A DNA stretch of 63,920 nucleotides, the filler included, from Vicugna vicugna (lineage: Eukaryota), in assembly GCA_013265495.1 (NCBI GenBank). It is 76 parts of 74 records of this genome, joined end to end, with 100 filler letters (N's around TTAATTAATTAA, not from the genome) between each part and the next. Parts side by side here need not be neighbours in the genome. Positions count along the whole stretch, not along the records: positions 37,116 to 38,525 come from MU058094.1; positions 38,626 to 39,293 come from MU058096.1; positions 39,394 to 39,937 come from PNXW01003165.1; positions 40,038 to 40,474 come from PNXW01003166.1; positions 40,575 to 41,140 come from PNXW01003167.1; positions 41,241 to 42,607 come from MU058097.1; positions 42,708 to 43,597 come from MU058098.1; positions 43,698 to 44,595 come from PNXW01003173.1; 68 more parts are not named here. One strand, written 5' to 3'. This document shows positions 37,016 to 49,432 of this stretch, piece by piece. The translations under genes were made by a program, and so were the position numbers. The notes beneath the pieces are model-generated. The model did not search any database. It worked only from the letters and a program-made list of their open reading frames with translations, and was not told where the DNA came from. Position 1 is the first letter of the stretch. The number at the start of each line of letters is the position of its first letter.

Positions 37016-37115
37016 NNNNNNNNNNNNNNNNNNNNNNNNNNNNNNNNNNNNNNNNNNNNTTAATTAATTAANNNNNNNNNNNNNNNNNNNNNNNNNNNNN
37101 NNNNNNNNNNNNNNN

Positions 37116-38525
37116 CGGGGAAATCAAAGAAATCCCTTCCCTGACCTTGGGGTGGCAGCCGCTGACTCTGGGATATCCAGCAATCACTCCTAACATTCCC
37201 TGGCACAGAGACATTAGGAAAACCCTCAGGGGAGACGAGCTTAAGCATTCCGTTAGAACCCACGCGCTGCCGACCGTTGGTGGAACCTCCCCACGCTCAG
37301 GATTTCGGAAACATTGNNNNNNNNNNNNNNNNNNNNNNNNNNNNNNNNNNNNNNNNNNNNNNNNNNNNNNNNNNNNNNNNNNNNNNNNNNNNNNNNNNNN
37401 NNNNNNNNNNNNNNNNNNNNNNNNNNNNNNNNNNNNNNNNNNNNNNNNNNNNNNNNNNNNNNNNNNNNNNNNNNNNNNNNNNNNNNNNNNNNNNNNNNNN
37501 NNNNNNNNNNNNNNNNNNNNNNNNNNNNNNNNNNNNNNNNNNNNNNNNNNNNNNNNNNNNNNNNNNNNNNNNNNNNNNNNNNNNNNNNNNNNNNNNNNNN
37601 NNNNNNNNNNNNNNNNNNNNNNNNNNNNNNNNNNNNNNNNNNNNNNNNNNNNNNNNNNNNNNNNNNNNNNNNNNNNNNNNNNNNNNNNNNNNNNNNNNNN
37701 NNNNNNNNNNNNNNNNNNNNNNNNGGCACAGAGAGGAAAACCCTCATGGGAGACGAGCTTAGGCATTCCGTTAGAACCCACGTGCTGCCGACCGTTGGTG
37801 GAAACTCCCCAAGCTCAGGATTTCGGAAACATTGTCAGTGCGTTGTGGAGCTAGAAAGACAATTCCACGCAGCTCTCTTCAGTCACAGGTGTTCCCTGTT
37901 CGGGGAAGTACGATAAATACCTTCTCTTACCTTGGGGATTCAACCTCTGACACTGGGATATCCTGCAATCACCCCTAGCATTCCCTGGCACAGAGACATA
38001 AGGTAAACCCTCAGGGGAGACGAGCTTAGGCATTCCGTTAGAACCCACGCGCTGCCGACCGTTGGTGGAACCTCCCCACGCTCAGGATTCCGGAACCATT
38101 GTCAGTGCGTTGGGGAGCTCGAGAGACAACTCCACGCAGCTCTCTTCAGTCACAGGTGTTCCCTGTTCGGGGAAGCCCGAGAAATATCTTCCCTGACTTT
38201 CTGGAGGCAGCCTCTGACNNNNNNNNNNNNNNNNNNNNNNNNNNNNNNNNNNNNNNNNNNNNNNNNNNNNNNNNNNNNNNNNNNNNNNNNNNNNNNNNNN
38301 NNNNNNNNNNNNNNNNNNNNNGGATCCTCCCCACGCTCAGGATTCCGGAACCAATTTCAGTGAATGGGAGATCTCGAGAGACAACTCCACGCAGATCTCT
38401 TCAATCCCAGGTGTTCCCTGTTCTGGGAAGTCCGAGAAATAACTTCAGTGATCTTGGGGAGGCAGCTTCTGACACTGGGATATGCTGCAATAACCCCTAG
38501 CATTCCCTGGCACAGAGACATTAGG
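37116..38525 (+). repeat. Satellite A (267 bp), gapped
   Basis: Consensus match in all contigs. Confidence 0.96.
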
Positions 38526-38625
38526 NNNNNNNNNNNNNNNNNNNNNNNNNNNNNNNNNNNNNNNNNNNNTTAATTAATTAANNNNNNNNNNNNNNNNNNN
38601 NNNNNNNNNNNNNNNNNNNNNNNNN

Positions 38626-39293
38626 TTTTGCTAATTTGTGCTCTCTCTTTATTCTTCTTTGTGAGTTTGGGGAAAGAGTTTGGCCAGAGGTTTGTCGATT
38701 TTATTTACTTTTTCAAAAAACCAGCTTTTTGTTTGGTTGATTTTTTTCTATGGTCTTGTTAATCTCTATTGTATTTAATTCCTCTCTGATCTTTATTATT
38801 TCCTTCCTTCTGCTGCTTTTTGGGGCTTTTTGTTCTNNNNNNNNNNNNNNNNNNNNNNNNNNNNNNNNNNNNNNNNNNNNNNNNNNNNNNNNNNNNNNNN
38901 NNNNNNNNNNCTATAAACTTCCCTCTTAGCACTGCCTTTGCTGTGTCCCATAGGTTTTGAGTGGTTGTGCTTTCATTATCATTTGTCTTAAGGTATTTTC
39001 TAATTTCAGCTTTGATTTCCTCATTGATCCATTGTTTTTTCAATAACATATTGTTTAATCTCTATGCTTTCCTTTTTTTCTCCTTTGTTTCTCTGTGTTG
39101 ATTTCCAATTTCATGGCATTTCGGTCAGTAAAGATGCTTGAGATAATTTCTATCTTCTTAAAATTGTTGAGGTTTCTTTTGTGCCCAAGTACATGATCGA
39201 TCCTGGAAAATGTTCCCTGTGCACTTGAAAAGAATGTATATGCTATTCTTTGGGGGTGTAATGCTCTGAAAATATCCACCAAATCTAGTTTTT
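38626..39293 (-). mobile_element. L1 ORF2 fragment (end of the endonuclease domain and the following region), frameshifted
   Basis: Translates LVDIFRALHP...YTFFSSAQGTFSRIDHVLGHK.NL..FKKIEIISSIFTD.NAMKLEIN and MLLKKQWINEEIK.EIRKYL.TNDNE.TT.QNLWDTAKAVLRGKFI. Confidence 0.96.
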
Positions 39294-39393
39294 NNNNNNN
39301 NNNNNNNNNNNNNNNNNNNNNNNNNNNNNNNNNNNNNTTAATTAATTAANNNNNNNNNNNNNNNNNNNNNNNNNNNNNNNNNNNNNNNNNNNN

Positions 39394-39937
39394 ACTTTGT
39401 CTTTGTGGCTCTTCCTATCTCCAGTTTCAGAATCACACGTTGATCTCAAAAAACCCTCTTGGAGCGAATTCTACCCTAGAGATATGTAATTTGAATAGCT
39501 TTCATCTACATGATATTCCGTGTTAATACATGCTACATGCATGACGGATTCGATAAACATGCATTCCTGAGTTGAGAGCATGTGGATGACTGATCTTTCA
39601 TTCCCTATAAAAGGAATATTTTCATCTAGACACGTGTACAAATTTTCACAAGCTTTCCCTAACACCAGTTTCGAAATGATGCTTTTTTCACAGAATAATA
39701 CTTCTGGAGCGATTTCACCTAACAGATATGTAATTTACATGAATTCAATCAGCATAACATTCCGGGTTCTGTACATGTTACATGCATGACGTATTTGGCA
39801 AACATGCGTTTCTGACATTTGGGCAAAACATGCGTACATTTGGGCATGTGGTTTAGTGAGCTTTCATCAACCAAACAAGGCATGTATACACATAGAAATA
39901 TTTTCTCTGAATTCATAGGTTTTCTCTATCACCAGGT
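39394..39937 (+). repeat. Satellite B
   Basis: Colinear with ~1655-2185. Confidence 0.9.
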
Positions 39938-41240
39938 NNNNNNNNNNNNNNNNNNNNNNNNNNNNNNNNNNNNNNNNNNNNTTAATTAATTAANNNNNNN
40001 NNNNNNNNNNNNNNNNNNNNNNNNNNNNNNNNNNNNNGTTCTGAAACACCGCAGTGCTTTTCGCCCCACAGAGTTAAGGTCTGACTCCTTTGACGATGAC
40101 GTGGTTGCTAATGATGTACAGGTGCAAAACCACACTTAGCTCCTAAAGGGAAACTCCAGTTCTCTCTTGATCGTCTTTCTTCCACGGTATGTAACTGTGC
40201 TGCAGCGTAAGCCTGAGCTTTACTTATGGAGTGGAGTGAGGGTACCCAAAATTAGCATAAAACGGTCAGATGAAGAAAATCGACGTTGACAATTTATTTT
40301 TGGGTTTCATTAGTCAAGATATACTATCAGTTTATGCCTCATATAACAAATGAAATTGAGTACAGAACATTGCATTTCTTAATTTCTATTTAGAGTTCTC
40401 GTACAGAATAAGGTTGCCTGCTTTGTAAAATCAGCTCCACCTGTCAGTGTGTTGGTGTGATTGCATTTACACAGNNNNNNNNNNNNNNNNNNNNNNNNNN
40501 NNNNNNNNNNNNNNNNNNTTAATTAATTAANNNNNNNNNNNNNNNNNNNNNNNNNNNNNNNNNNNNNNNNNNNNGGGAACAGGTGCCACATAAAAACTGC
40601 AAAAGCACCGAGCGGAGGCATGCAAGACGCTCGATGTGAACACGCGGGGAGGAAACAGCCTCGCATTAAACACGCACAACTGTGCCTGCGGGAGCAGCAC
40701 GTGCCACGCTCTGGAAGGACTTATGCTTTGATGCAAACTCTGACCCTAAACCTGTGCAACAGCGACCAGGTCTTTTGGATCCTTGGCAGAAGCACAAATA
40801 AGAAAAGCCAGAATGAGGAACATGCACACTTCCATGCACTGTTTCACGCTTCCTTAACCTGGGGTGAGAAGAAAGGAATTTAGGCATTCATTTGATAAAA
40901 AAATTATTAAAAAAAGTCCACTTGAAGTGCATGAAAATCAGCTGACACTTGTTTATTCTAAATGGATAAGCAGTGTTCCCAACCGTTGTAAATTTTACTA
41001 ATTACTTCATGGGGCCAACTCCTGCCTTCTTCCAGCTTCATTTTAACTTTTTTGGAGCTTAATAAAGAAATCATTCCATTTTTTAAAAGACTGTTTGGGA
41101 TTTATACCCTTTGGTAAGTATGTGCAAATATGCACTAGTANNNNNNNNNNNNNNNNNNNNNNNNNNNNNNNNNNNNNNNNNNNNTTAATTAATTAANNNN
41201 NNNNNNNNNNNNNNNNNNNNNNNNNNNNNNNNNNNNNNNN

Positions 41241-42607
41241 GACGCTGCCTCCCAAAGTTCAGGGAATGTATTTCTCGGACCTCCCTGTACAGGGAATACC
41301 TGTGACTGTAGACAGCTGCGTGGAGTTTTCTCTCGAGCTCCCCCACGCACTGATAATGTTTCCGGAATCCTGAGCGTGGGGAGGTTCCACCAACTGTCGG
41401 TAGCGCTTGGGTTGTAACGGAATGCCTAAGCTCGTCTCCCCTGAGGGTTTTCCTTATTTCCCTGTGCCAGGGAATGCTAGGGGTGTTTGCAGGATATCCC
41501 AGTGACAGAGGATGCCTCCCCAAGTTCAGGGAATGTATTTCTCGGACTTCCCAGAACAGGGAACACCTGTAANNNNNNNNNNNNNNNNNNNNNNNNNNNN
41601 NNNNNNNNNNNNNNNNNNNNNNNNNNNNNNNNNNNNNNNNNNNNNNNNNNNNNNNNNNNNNNNNNNNNNNNNNNNNNNNNNNNNNNNNNNNNNNNNNNNN
41701 NNNNNNNNNNNNNNNNNNNNNNNNNNNNNNNNNNNNNNNNNNNNNNNNNNNNNNNNNNNNNNNNNNNNNNNNNNNNNNNNNNNNNNNNNNNNNNNNNNNN
41801 NNNNNNNNNNNNNNNNNNNNGGAACACCTGGAAGAGAGCTGCATGGATTTGTCTTTCGTGCTCCCCCACGCACTGACAATTGTTCCGGAATCCTGAGCGT
41901 GGGGAGGTTCCACCAACGGTAAACAGCGCGTTGGTTATAACGGAATGCCGAACCTCGTCTCCCATGAGGGTTTTCCTAATGTCTCTGTGCCAGGGAATGC
42001 TAGAGGGGTTTGCAGGATATCCCAGTGANNNNNNNNNNNNNNNNNNNNNNNNNNNNNNNNNNNNNNNNNNNNNNNNNNNNNNNNNNNNNNNNNNNNNNNN
42101 NNNNNNNNNNNNNNNNNNNNNNNNNNNNNNNNNNNNNNNNNNNNNNNNNNNNNNNNNNNNNNNNNNNNNNNNNNNNNNNNNNNNNNNNNNNNNNNNNNNN
42201 NNNNNNNNNNNNNNNNNNNNNNNNNNNNNNNNNNNNNNNNNNNNNNNNNNNNNNNNNNNNNNNNNNNNNNNNNNNNNNNNNNNNNNNNNNNNNNNNNNNN
42301 NNNNNNNNNNNNNNNNNNNNNNNNNNNNNNNNNNNNNNNNNNNNNNNNNNNNNNNNNNNNNNNNNNNNNNNNNNNNNNNNNNNNNNNNNNNNNNNNNNNN
42401 NNTCCGGAATACTGAGCGTGGGGAGGTTCCACCAAATGTCGGCAGCGCGTGGGTTCAAACGGAATGCCTAAGCTCGTCTCCCCTGAGGGTTTTCCTAATG
42501 TCTCTGTGCCATTGAATGCTTGGGGGGTTTGTAGGATAACCCAGGGGCAGAGGCTGCCTCCTCAATTGCAGGGAAGGTATTTCTCGGACTTCCCCGAACA
42601 GGGAACA
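41241..42607 (-). repeat. Satellite A (267 bp), gapped
   Basis: Reverse-complement consensus. Confidence 0.95.
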
Positions 42608-42707
42608 NNNNNNNNNNNNNNNNNNNNNNNNNNNNNNNNNNNNNNNNNNNNTTAATTAATTAANNNNNNNNNNNNNNNNNNNNNNNNNNNNNNNNNNNNN
42701 NNNNNNN

Positions 42708-43135
42708 GATGTGGTTAAGATTGCTAACCAGTCGACTCTAAGAGAGACCAGCCGGATTATAGATGTGGGCCCAGTGTAGTCACCAGGGTCGTTAAAGGAG
42801 GAAGAAGGAGGCAAAAGAGGGGAGAGAGGACAGGAGATCTGACCACAGGATCAGAGTCAGAGGCACACAACCATGCTGACCTTGAGACTGAGAAAAGAGG
42901 TCACAGGCCAAGAGATGAATGCAGGTGGCCTCTGGAAGCCAGAAAAGTCAAAGATACAGGTTCCCCTGAGACCTTCAGAAACAGCCGTGCCAACACTTTG
43001 ACTTCAGCAGGCTTCTGCATTCAAGAAAACTACAAGGTTAAATTTGTGTTGTTCAGTGGAGACTTTTTCTTTTTTCTTCCTACTACCATGACGTTTGGGG
43101 AAACTAGTTACAACAGCAACAGAAAGCGAATACAG
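42708..43135 (+). mobile_element. ERVL-MaLR solo LTR (MLT1D/E-like)
   Basis: GGATTAT..ATGTGGGCCCAGTGTAGTCAC.AGGGTC.TTAAA; GAATGCAGGTGGCCTCTGGAAGC.AGAAAAG.CAA; AAATTTGTGTTGTT; GTTACAACAGCAACAGAAAGCGAATACA terminus. Confidence 0.85.
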
Positions 43136-43697
43136 CAAGCTCCTTGAAATGTTCAGAAATTGCAGATAACACTGGACTGTCCACTTTGATGTGGGATTGG
43201 GCTTATGTGAAAATCAAAAGGACAGTGTGACCTTGGCTAACATCTGCTTTTCTCATTTTTAGGAAGAGAACANNNNNNNNNNNNNNNNNNNNNNNNNNNN
43301 NNNNNNNNNNNNNNNNNNNNNNNNNNNNNNNNNNNNNNNNNNNNNNNNNNNNNNNNNNNNNNNNNNNNNNNNNNNNNNNNNNNNNNNNNNNNNNNNNNNN
43401 NNNNNNNNNNNNNNNNNNNNNNNNNNNNNNNNNNNNNNNNNNNNNNNNNNNNNNNNNNNNNNNNNNNNNNNNNNNNNNNNNNNNNNNNNNTCATTTGGAA
43501 AGATAAGAATAAGGATTGTTTGGGCGATTAAATTGTACACACACACACACGTACACATACATATATGTACAACATTTAATACAGTGACTAGCACATANNN
43601 NNNNNNNNNNNNNNNNNNNNNNNNNNNNNNNNNNNNNNNNNTTAATTAATTAANNNNNNNNNNNNNNNNNNNNNNNNNNNNNNNNNNNNNNNNNNNN

Positions 43698-44595
43698 ACT
43701 TGGCCTCCAAGCCAAACTCCCAGATTTTCCTCTCAGCCCGGCCTAGAGAAACTCTCAATGAATAAAAGCTAAGGGATTCTATAAGAACCCAGGCCCTGCT
43801 GTAATTTGGAGGCCCTCCCCACAATCAGGATAGCTGAGCATGTCTCCAAGTGTGTGCTGGAGTTGGGGAAACAGATTCCACGCATCTTTATGGGGTTACA
43901 GGTGTTCCAAAGTTGGAGAAGTAGTTTCAAACCCTCCACTGCCCACAGAGTTGCACTCACTAATAATTGGCTTTAGAGCCCATCACCCACAATCGCTCAC
44001 TGCTAGGTCTAGGAAAACACTTAGGGAAGTCAAGCTAAGGGATTCCTATTAGAATCCAGGTGCCTCTGTAATTTAAAGGAACCTCCCCACACTCAGAAAC
44101 CAGAAAAATTCTTCGTGTGTGTGCTGGATGTATGGAAACAGAGTCAAAGCATAATTCAGGGGGAAGAGTTACTTCAGGGTTGTGGGTTGTAAGTTAAACA
44201 CCCACATCCCAAGGATAGTCTCTCGCTAATACTTCGTTTTAGAGCCCAACCTCCAATTTCCCCCGCACTCCTGGCAGGGCAAGCCATCAGGAAAGACAAG
44301 ATAAGGGTTTGTATTGAACCGAGGTGCTGCTGTCATTTGGAGGAACTTTCGTACACTTAGATCTCCAGAGACCCTGTTCTGTGTGGTGGAGGTGTGCAGC
44401 CCCAATCCACGCAGATGAATGGAGACACAGGTGTTCCCCTGTAGGGGAGTTCCCTAAGTACTTCCTGAGTCAATCGTTTGGCGCAAGTTTCTACTTGGCC
44501 TCCAAGCCCAACCCCCTAAATTTGCTCCCAGCCCGGCTTAGGGAAACACGCAAGGAATACAAGCTGAGTTATTCTATTAGAACCCAGGCGCTGCT
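43698..44595 (+). repeat. Satellite C with a ~795-bp trimeric higher-order repeat
   Basis: Monomer starts at ~43782, 44049, ~44313 and 44577. ACTTGGCCTCCAAGCC at 43698 and 44493. Confidence 0.88.
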
Positions 44596-45594
44596 NNNNN
44601 NNNNNNNNNNNNNNNNNNNNNNNNNNNNNNNNNNNNNNNTTAATTAATTAANNNNNNNNNNNNNNNNNNNNNNNNNNNNNNNNNNNNNNNNNNNNCCATG
44701 CTGCCTGAGTTGGGTGGTAGATGAGGATGGCAGCACTGTGACGGCCCAGGGGAATGGAGTGGGCTTTAAACCATGGCTGTGGGTGCACAGGGCAGAACAA
44801 CCTGGGCCCTCCATTAAACAACATGGCAGATGTGTCCTGTGGGGTGAAAGGTGCAATCCCCATCTCTGAATTTCCACAGAAGTTTCCAGGTGAAGACAGC
44901 TGGGGCTCAGAAACAGCCACCATAGCCTCTGGTGCTTTGTACCCAGGTGGCAGTGGGGGTAAAACTTGCATCTACACCTTAGGACTTAGCAGCATCAATG
45001 GCCAGACTGAGACTTGTCGGAAGCATGAGGCAAATATGATCCTACTGTCCTGGTTCCTCAGAGAACTTGTCTGCCAAGATGAACAAGGAGCTGGATTATA
45101 GCCCAGACCAGGGANNNNNNNNNNNNNNNNNNNNNNNNNNNNNNNNNNNNNNNNNNNNNNNNNNNNNNNNNNNNNNNNNNNNNNNNNNNNNNNNNNNNNN
45201 NNNNNNNNNNNNNNNNNNNNNNNNNNNNNNNNNNNNNNNNNNNNNNNNNNNNNNNNNNNNNNNNNNNNACAATCCTGCCAGTCTGCAACAACTGACTGCA
45301 GCATTGAGCAGGGCAATGACAAGCCAGCCCAGAGTCAAGTGAGCTGCACCTAATCCAGTGTTGGTTGTGGGAGTGATCTGCTTGATGATATGACCTGGGA
45401 GCAGCACAGATGAGTGATCCAATGGAGGGCCTATGGAAACAGCAAGCTTAGCTTCCAAAACAGGATGAAAACAGAATGACTTCACATTAAATGTNNNNNN
45501 NNNNNNNNNNNNNNNNNNNNNNNNNNNNNNNNNNNNNNTTAATTAATTAANNNNNNNNNNNNNNNNNNNNNNNNNNNNNNNNNNNNNNNNNNNN

Positions 45595-46288
45595 TATTGT
45601 ATATTCTATATTCTGTGTTCTACATACTATATTCTAATTCGGTATTCAGTATTCCGTATGCTATAGTCTAAATTCTGTTTTCTGCATTGCATTTTCTATA
45701 TTCTGGGTTCTATAATCTATAATCTATACTCTATATTCTATATTCTGTGTTCTACATACTATATTCTAATTCGGTATTCAGTATTCCGTATGCTATAGTC
45801 TAAATTCTGTTTTCTGCATTGCATTTTCTATATTCTGGGTTCTATAATCTATAATCTATACTCTATATTCTATATTCTGTGTTCTACATTCTATATTCTA
45901 AACCCTATATTCAGTATTATTTATTATATATTGTAAATTCTGTGTTCTACATTATATTCTAAATTGTATATTCAGTATTCTGTATTCTATATTCTAAATT
46001 CTATGTTCTGCATTCCATGTTCTAAATTCTGTGTTGTATATTCTCTATTCTATAATCTATATTCTGTGTTCTATNNNNNNNNNNNNNNNNNNNNNNNNNN
46101 NNNNNNNNNNNNNNNTCTTTATTCTGTGTTCTACATTCTATATTCTAAATTCTATATTAAGTATTCTGTATTCTATATTCTAAATTCTGTGTGCTGCAAT
46201 CCATATTCTAAATTCTGTGTTCTACATTCTCTATTCTATATTATAAATTGTGTGTTTTTAATTCTAGATTCTACATACTATATTTTGC
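45595..46288 (-). repeat. Satellite E (7-bp) with an exact 132-bp duplication
   Basis: TACATACTATATTCTAATTCGG... at 45621 and 45753. Confidence 0.94.
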
Positions 46289-46539
46289 NNNNNNNNNNNN
46301 NNNNNNNNNNNNNNNNNNNNNNNNNNNNNNNNTTAATTAATTAANNNNNNNNNNNNNNNNNNNNNNNNNNNNNNNNNNNNNNNNNNNNATTGAGATCCGA
46401 GGGATTAAGCAGGGGCTGGAGGGAGTGGGGCAACTGACAGTGTTCCAGGTAGAGGTAATAGAGGCAGTAGAATCCCAGTAAGATTGGGAACTGGGTGTGG
46501 AGAGAAAGTAGTTTAGGACGGTTTCCAGGTTTTTGGCAT

Positions 46540-46800
46540 GAGCAGCTGATGGAGTGAGGGACGGTAGAGGGAAATGCCTTTTGTAAGANNNNNNNNNNNN
46601 NNNNNNNNCTTTAGGTCTGAGGTGACATGGCGGCATTGAGAACCCAGAGGCAGTTGGAAGTCCAGATCTGGAAGTCAGAAAAAGAGGGAGCCTGGAGATA
46701 CAGATTTGGAAGTCACCACCTTTAGCTGGTAAATTCCAAGCACACAGGTGTATGAGATCACCTAGGGAAGGAACAGCGAGGAGCGAAGAGCTGGAGGAAG
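46540..46800 (-). mobile_element. L2 LINE fragment
   Basis: GAGGCAGTTGGA...ATCTGGAAGTCAGAA...CTGGAGATACAGATTTGGAAGTCACC...GTGTATGAGATCACCTAGGGA is typical antisense L2. Confidence 0.7.
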
Positions 46801-47026
46801 CCCAGTTTAATTAGAAACCCAGTGCAAGTTTTCTCCGAAATGCTGGCTGACACGTGTCTCAGGCTCTTGGGAGGGGGCTCTGGGCGAGCATCTCTGTATC
46901 CAGCAAAACCTATGCTCCTGGTTCTCNNNNNNNNNNNNNNNNNNNNNNNNNNNNNNNNNNNNNNNNNNNNTTAATTAATTAANNNNNNNNNNNNNNNNNN
47001 NNNNNNNNNNNNNNNNNNNNNNNNNN

Positions 47027-47246
47027 TGGATGAACGAACGTCTCTCCACATGCTCAGTTCTGAGATAAATGGGTGTGTGAACGCCGTCCTTCACTTAGCT
47101 TGAAGGAAACACAAAATTTCTTTTCAGTTGCAAACTCCACTCCATACATATATATGGGGAGGTAAAGCACCAACTCGGGTTTACAGTGAAAACGGCAGGC
47201 ACTTCCAACCGACACTAGGAAACAGATTGAGAATCCAGAGTAAGGG
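47027..47246 (-). repeat. Satellite D fragment
   Basis: TGGATGAACGAACGTCTCTCCACATGCTCAGTTCTGAGAT is the reverse complement of the 36980-37015 type. Confidence 0.82.
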
Positions 47247-47346
47247 NNNNNNNNNNNNNNNNNNNNNNNNNNNNNNNNNNNNNNNNNNNNTTAATTAATT
47301 AANNNNNNNNNNNNNNNNNNNNNNNNNNNNNNNNNNNNNNNNNNNN

Positions 47347-48086
47347 GATTTTATGTCAGTCCTGTCATAATGATTATTATCAAAAAGATAAGAAATATTT
47401 GTTGGTGAGGATGTAAGTAAAAGGACCCTGATGCACTGATTGAATGAATGTAAATTTGTGCTGCCACTGTGGAAAAGAGTATGGAGTTTTATCTAAAAAT
47501 TAAAAATGAAATATGATCCAACATTTCTATATTTGGATACTTATTCCAAGATAATAATAACACTAATCAGAAAAGATACAGTCAATCCTATATTCACTGT
47601 GGCATTATTTAAAATAGCCAGGCTATAGAAGCAAATTAATTGCTCATCAATAGATGATGGATAAAGAAGAAATGTGTTTATAGTATATATATCGACCCAT
47701 CTATTGACTAAAGATTTATCTATATATATGTATACACACACACACACTAAATATATATATATATATGTATATTTATTATTATGTACAAACACATAGAAAA
47801 AACATAGAAAAATACAATGGGGTATTACTCAGCTCTAAAATGAATAATTTCTTGTCACTTGCAACAAATTGGTAGACTAAGTGGGTTATATGCTAAGTGA
47901 AATAATTCAGAGAATGACAAATGCTGAATTGTTTTACTCATAGTTGGAATTTAAAACAAATGAACACAACAAAACAGAAAAGGAGTTACACATAAAGAAA
48001 GAAAGAGGTTGTTCAAAAAAAGGAGGGAAATGTGAAGAAAAAAATAGTTGAGGAAAATTAAGAGAGAAAATTTTCAATTTGCAAAA
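47347..48086 (+). mobile_element. Degenerate L1 3' end (ORF2 C-terminus and 3'UTR) with an internal (TA)n/(CA)n tract
   Basis: GTTGGTGAGGATGT..GCCACTGTGGAAAAGAGTATGGAG..ATATGATCCAACA..TATGCTAAGTGAAATAA.TCAGAG. Confidence 0.85.
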
Positions 48087-48186
48087 NNNNNNNNNNNNNN
48101 NNNNNNNNNNNNNNNNNNNNNNNNNNNNNNTTAATTAATTAANNNNNNNNNNNNNNNNNNNNNNNNNNNNNNNNNNNNNNNNNNNN

Positions 48187-48921
48187 CCGGGTTCCGTACA
48201 TGCTACATGTATGAAGGATTGGGAAATCATGCGTTTCTGAGTTGTGAGCATGAGGATTATTTAACTTTCATCCACCATACAAGGCATATATAAACTTAGA
48301 ATTATTTACTCTTACTTCATAGGTTTTTATCTATCACCAGGTTCTAAAATCTGACATTTGACATCAGAAAAAACTCTTTGAGCGAATTCTCACCAATACA
48401 CATGTAATTTACATTGTTTACATAACCANNNNNNNNNNNNNNNNNNNNNNNNNNNNNNNNNNNNNNNNNNNNNNNNNNNNNNNNNNNNNNNNNNNNNNNN
48501 NNNNNNNNNNNNNNNNNNNNNNNNNNNNNNNNNNNNNNNNNNNNNNNNNNNNNNNNNNNNNNNNNNNNNNNNNNNNNNNNNNNNNNNNNNNNNNNNNNNN
48601 NNNNNNNNNNNNNNNNNNNNNNNNNNNNNNNNNNNNNNNNNNNNNNNNNNNNNNNNNNNNNNNNNNNNNNNNNNNNNNNNNNNNNNNNNNNNNNNNNNNN
48701 NNNNNNNNNNNNNNNNNNNNNNNNNNNNNNNNNNNNNNNNNNNNNNNNNNNNNNCATCTGGATTTCTTTCATTCTCTATAAAAGGAATATTTTCATCTAC
48801 ACACGTGTACACATTTTAACATGCTTTCCCTAAAACCAGATTCTATTTCGTCCATTTTTCACCGAAAAATTTTAATTGAGCGATTTCCACCTAATAGGTA
48901 TGTAATTTACATGAATTCCAT
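48187..48921 (+). repeat. Satellite B, gapped
   Basis: Matches 2030-2270 and 1855-2015. Confidence 0.9.
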
Positions 48922-49021
48922 NNNNNNNNNNNNNNNNNNNNNNNNNNNNNNNNNNNNNNNNNNNNTTAATTAATTAANNNNNNNNNNNNNNNNNNNNNNN
49001 NNNNNNNNNNNNNNNNNNNNN

Positions 49022-49250
49022 TTACCAATGGGGAGAAGGAGGAGAGGGGAGGCAGGAAGGGAGTAGGGGATTGACAGGTAAAAAGTACTATGTATAAAAC
49101 GGATAGGTTACAGGGCTGTATCATACAGCACAGGGAAATACAGCCATTATTTTATGGTGACTTTAAATGGAATATAACCTATAAAAATGTTGAGCCTCTG
49201 TGTTGTACACCTGAAACTAATATGATGTAAATCAACTACTCACTTACAAA
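49022..49250 (+). mobile_element. L1 3'UTR terminus
   Basis: TACAGCACAGGGAAATACAGCCATTATTTTATGGTGACTTTAAATGGAATATAA...TGTTGTACACCTGAAACTAATATGATGTAAATCAACTA. Confidence 0.85.
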
Positions 49251-49297
49251 ATTTTTAATCAAAGTTTTCTTTTCATATTATTTACAATAATAGAAGC

Positions 49298-49432
49298 AAG
49301 CACTGTCAATAGAAACATAGTGCAAGTCACAATTTTCAAGTAATCCCATTTATAAAATGAAAAGGAACAATTAATAATTATATTTACCCCAAAATATCCA
49401 ATATACTATCATTTCAAAAGTGTGATTAACAC
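49298..49432. mobile_element. MER3/MER33-like DNA transposon fragment
   Basis: GCACTGTCAATAGAAACATAGTGCAAGTCACA...AAAATATCCAATATACTATCATTTCAA. Confidence 0.6.

Noticed and set aside
40072..40121. Possible 50-nt exon (CCCCACAG|..LRSDSFDDDVVANDVQ|GTGCAA)
   Set aside because: The donor is weak, it is too short to identify and there is no supporting evidence.
44696..45494. 115-aa ORF and possible ERV-L internal sequence
   Set aside because: I could not find gag, pol or env motifs, so it is left unassigned.
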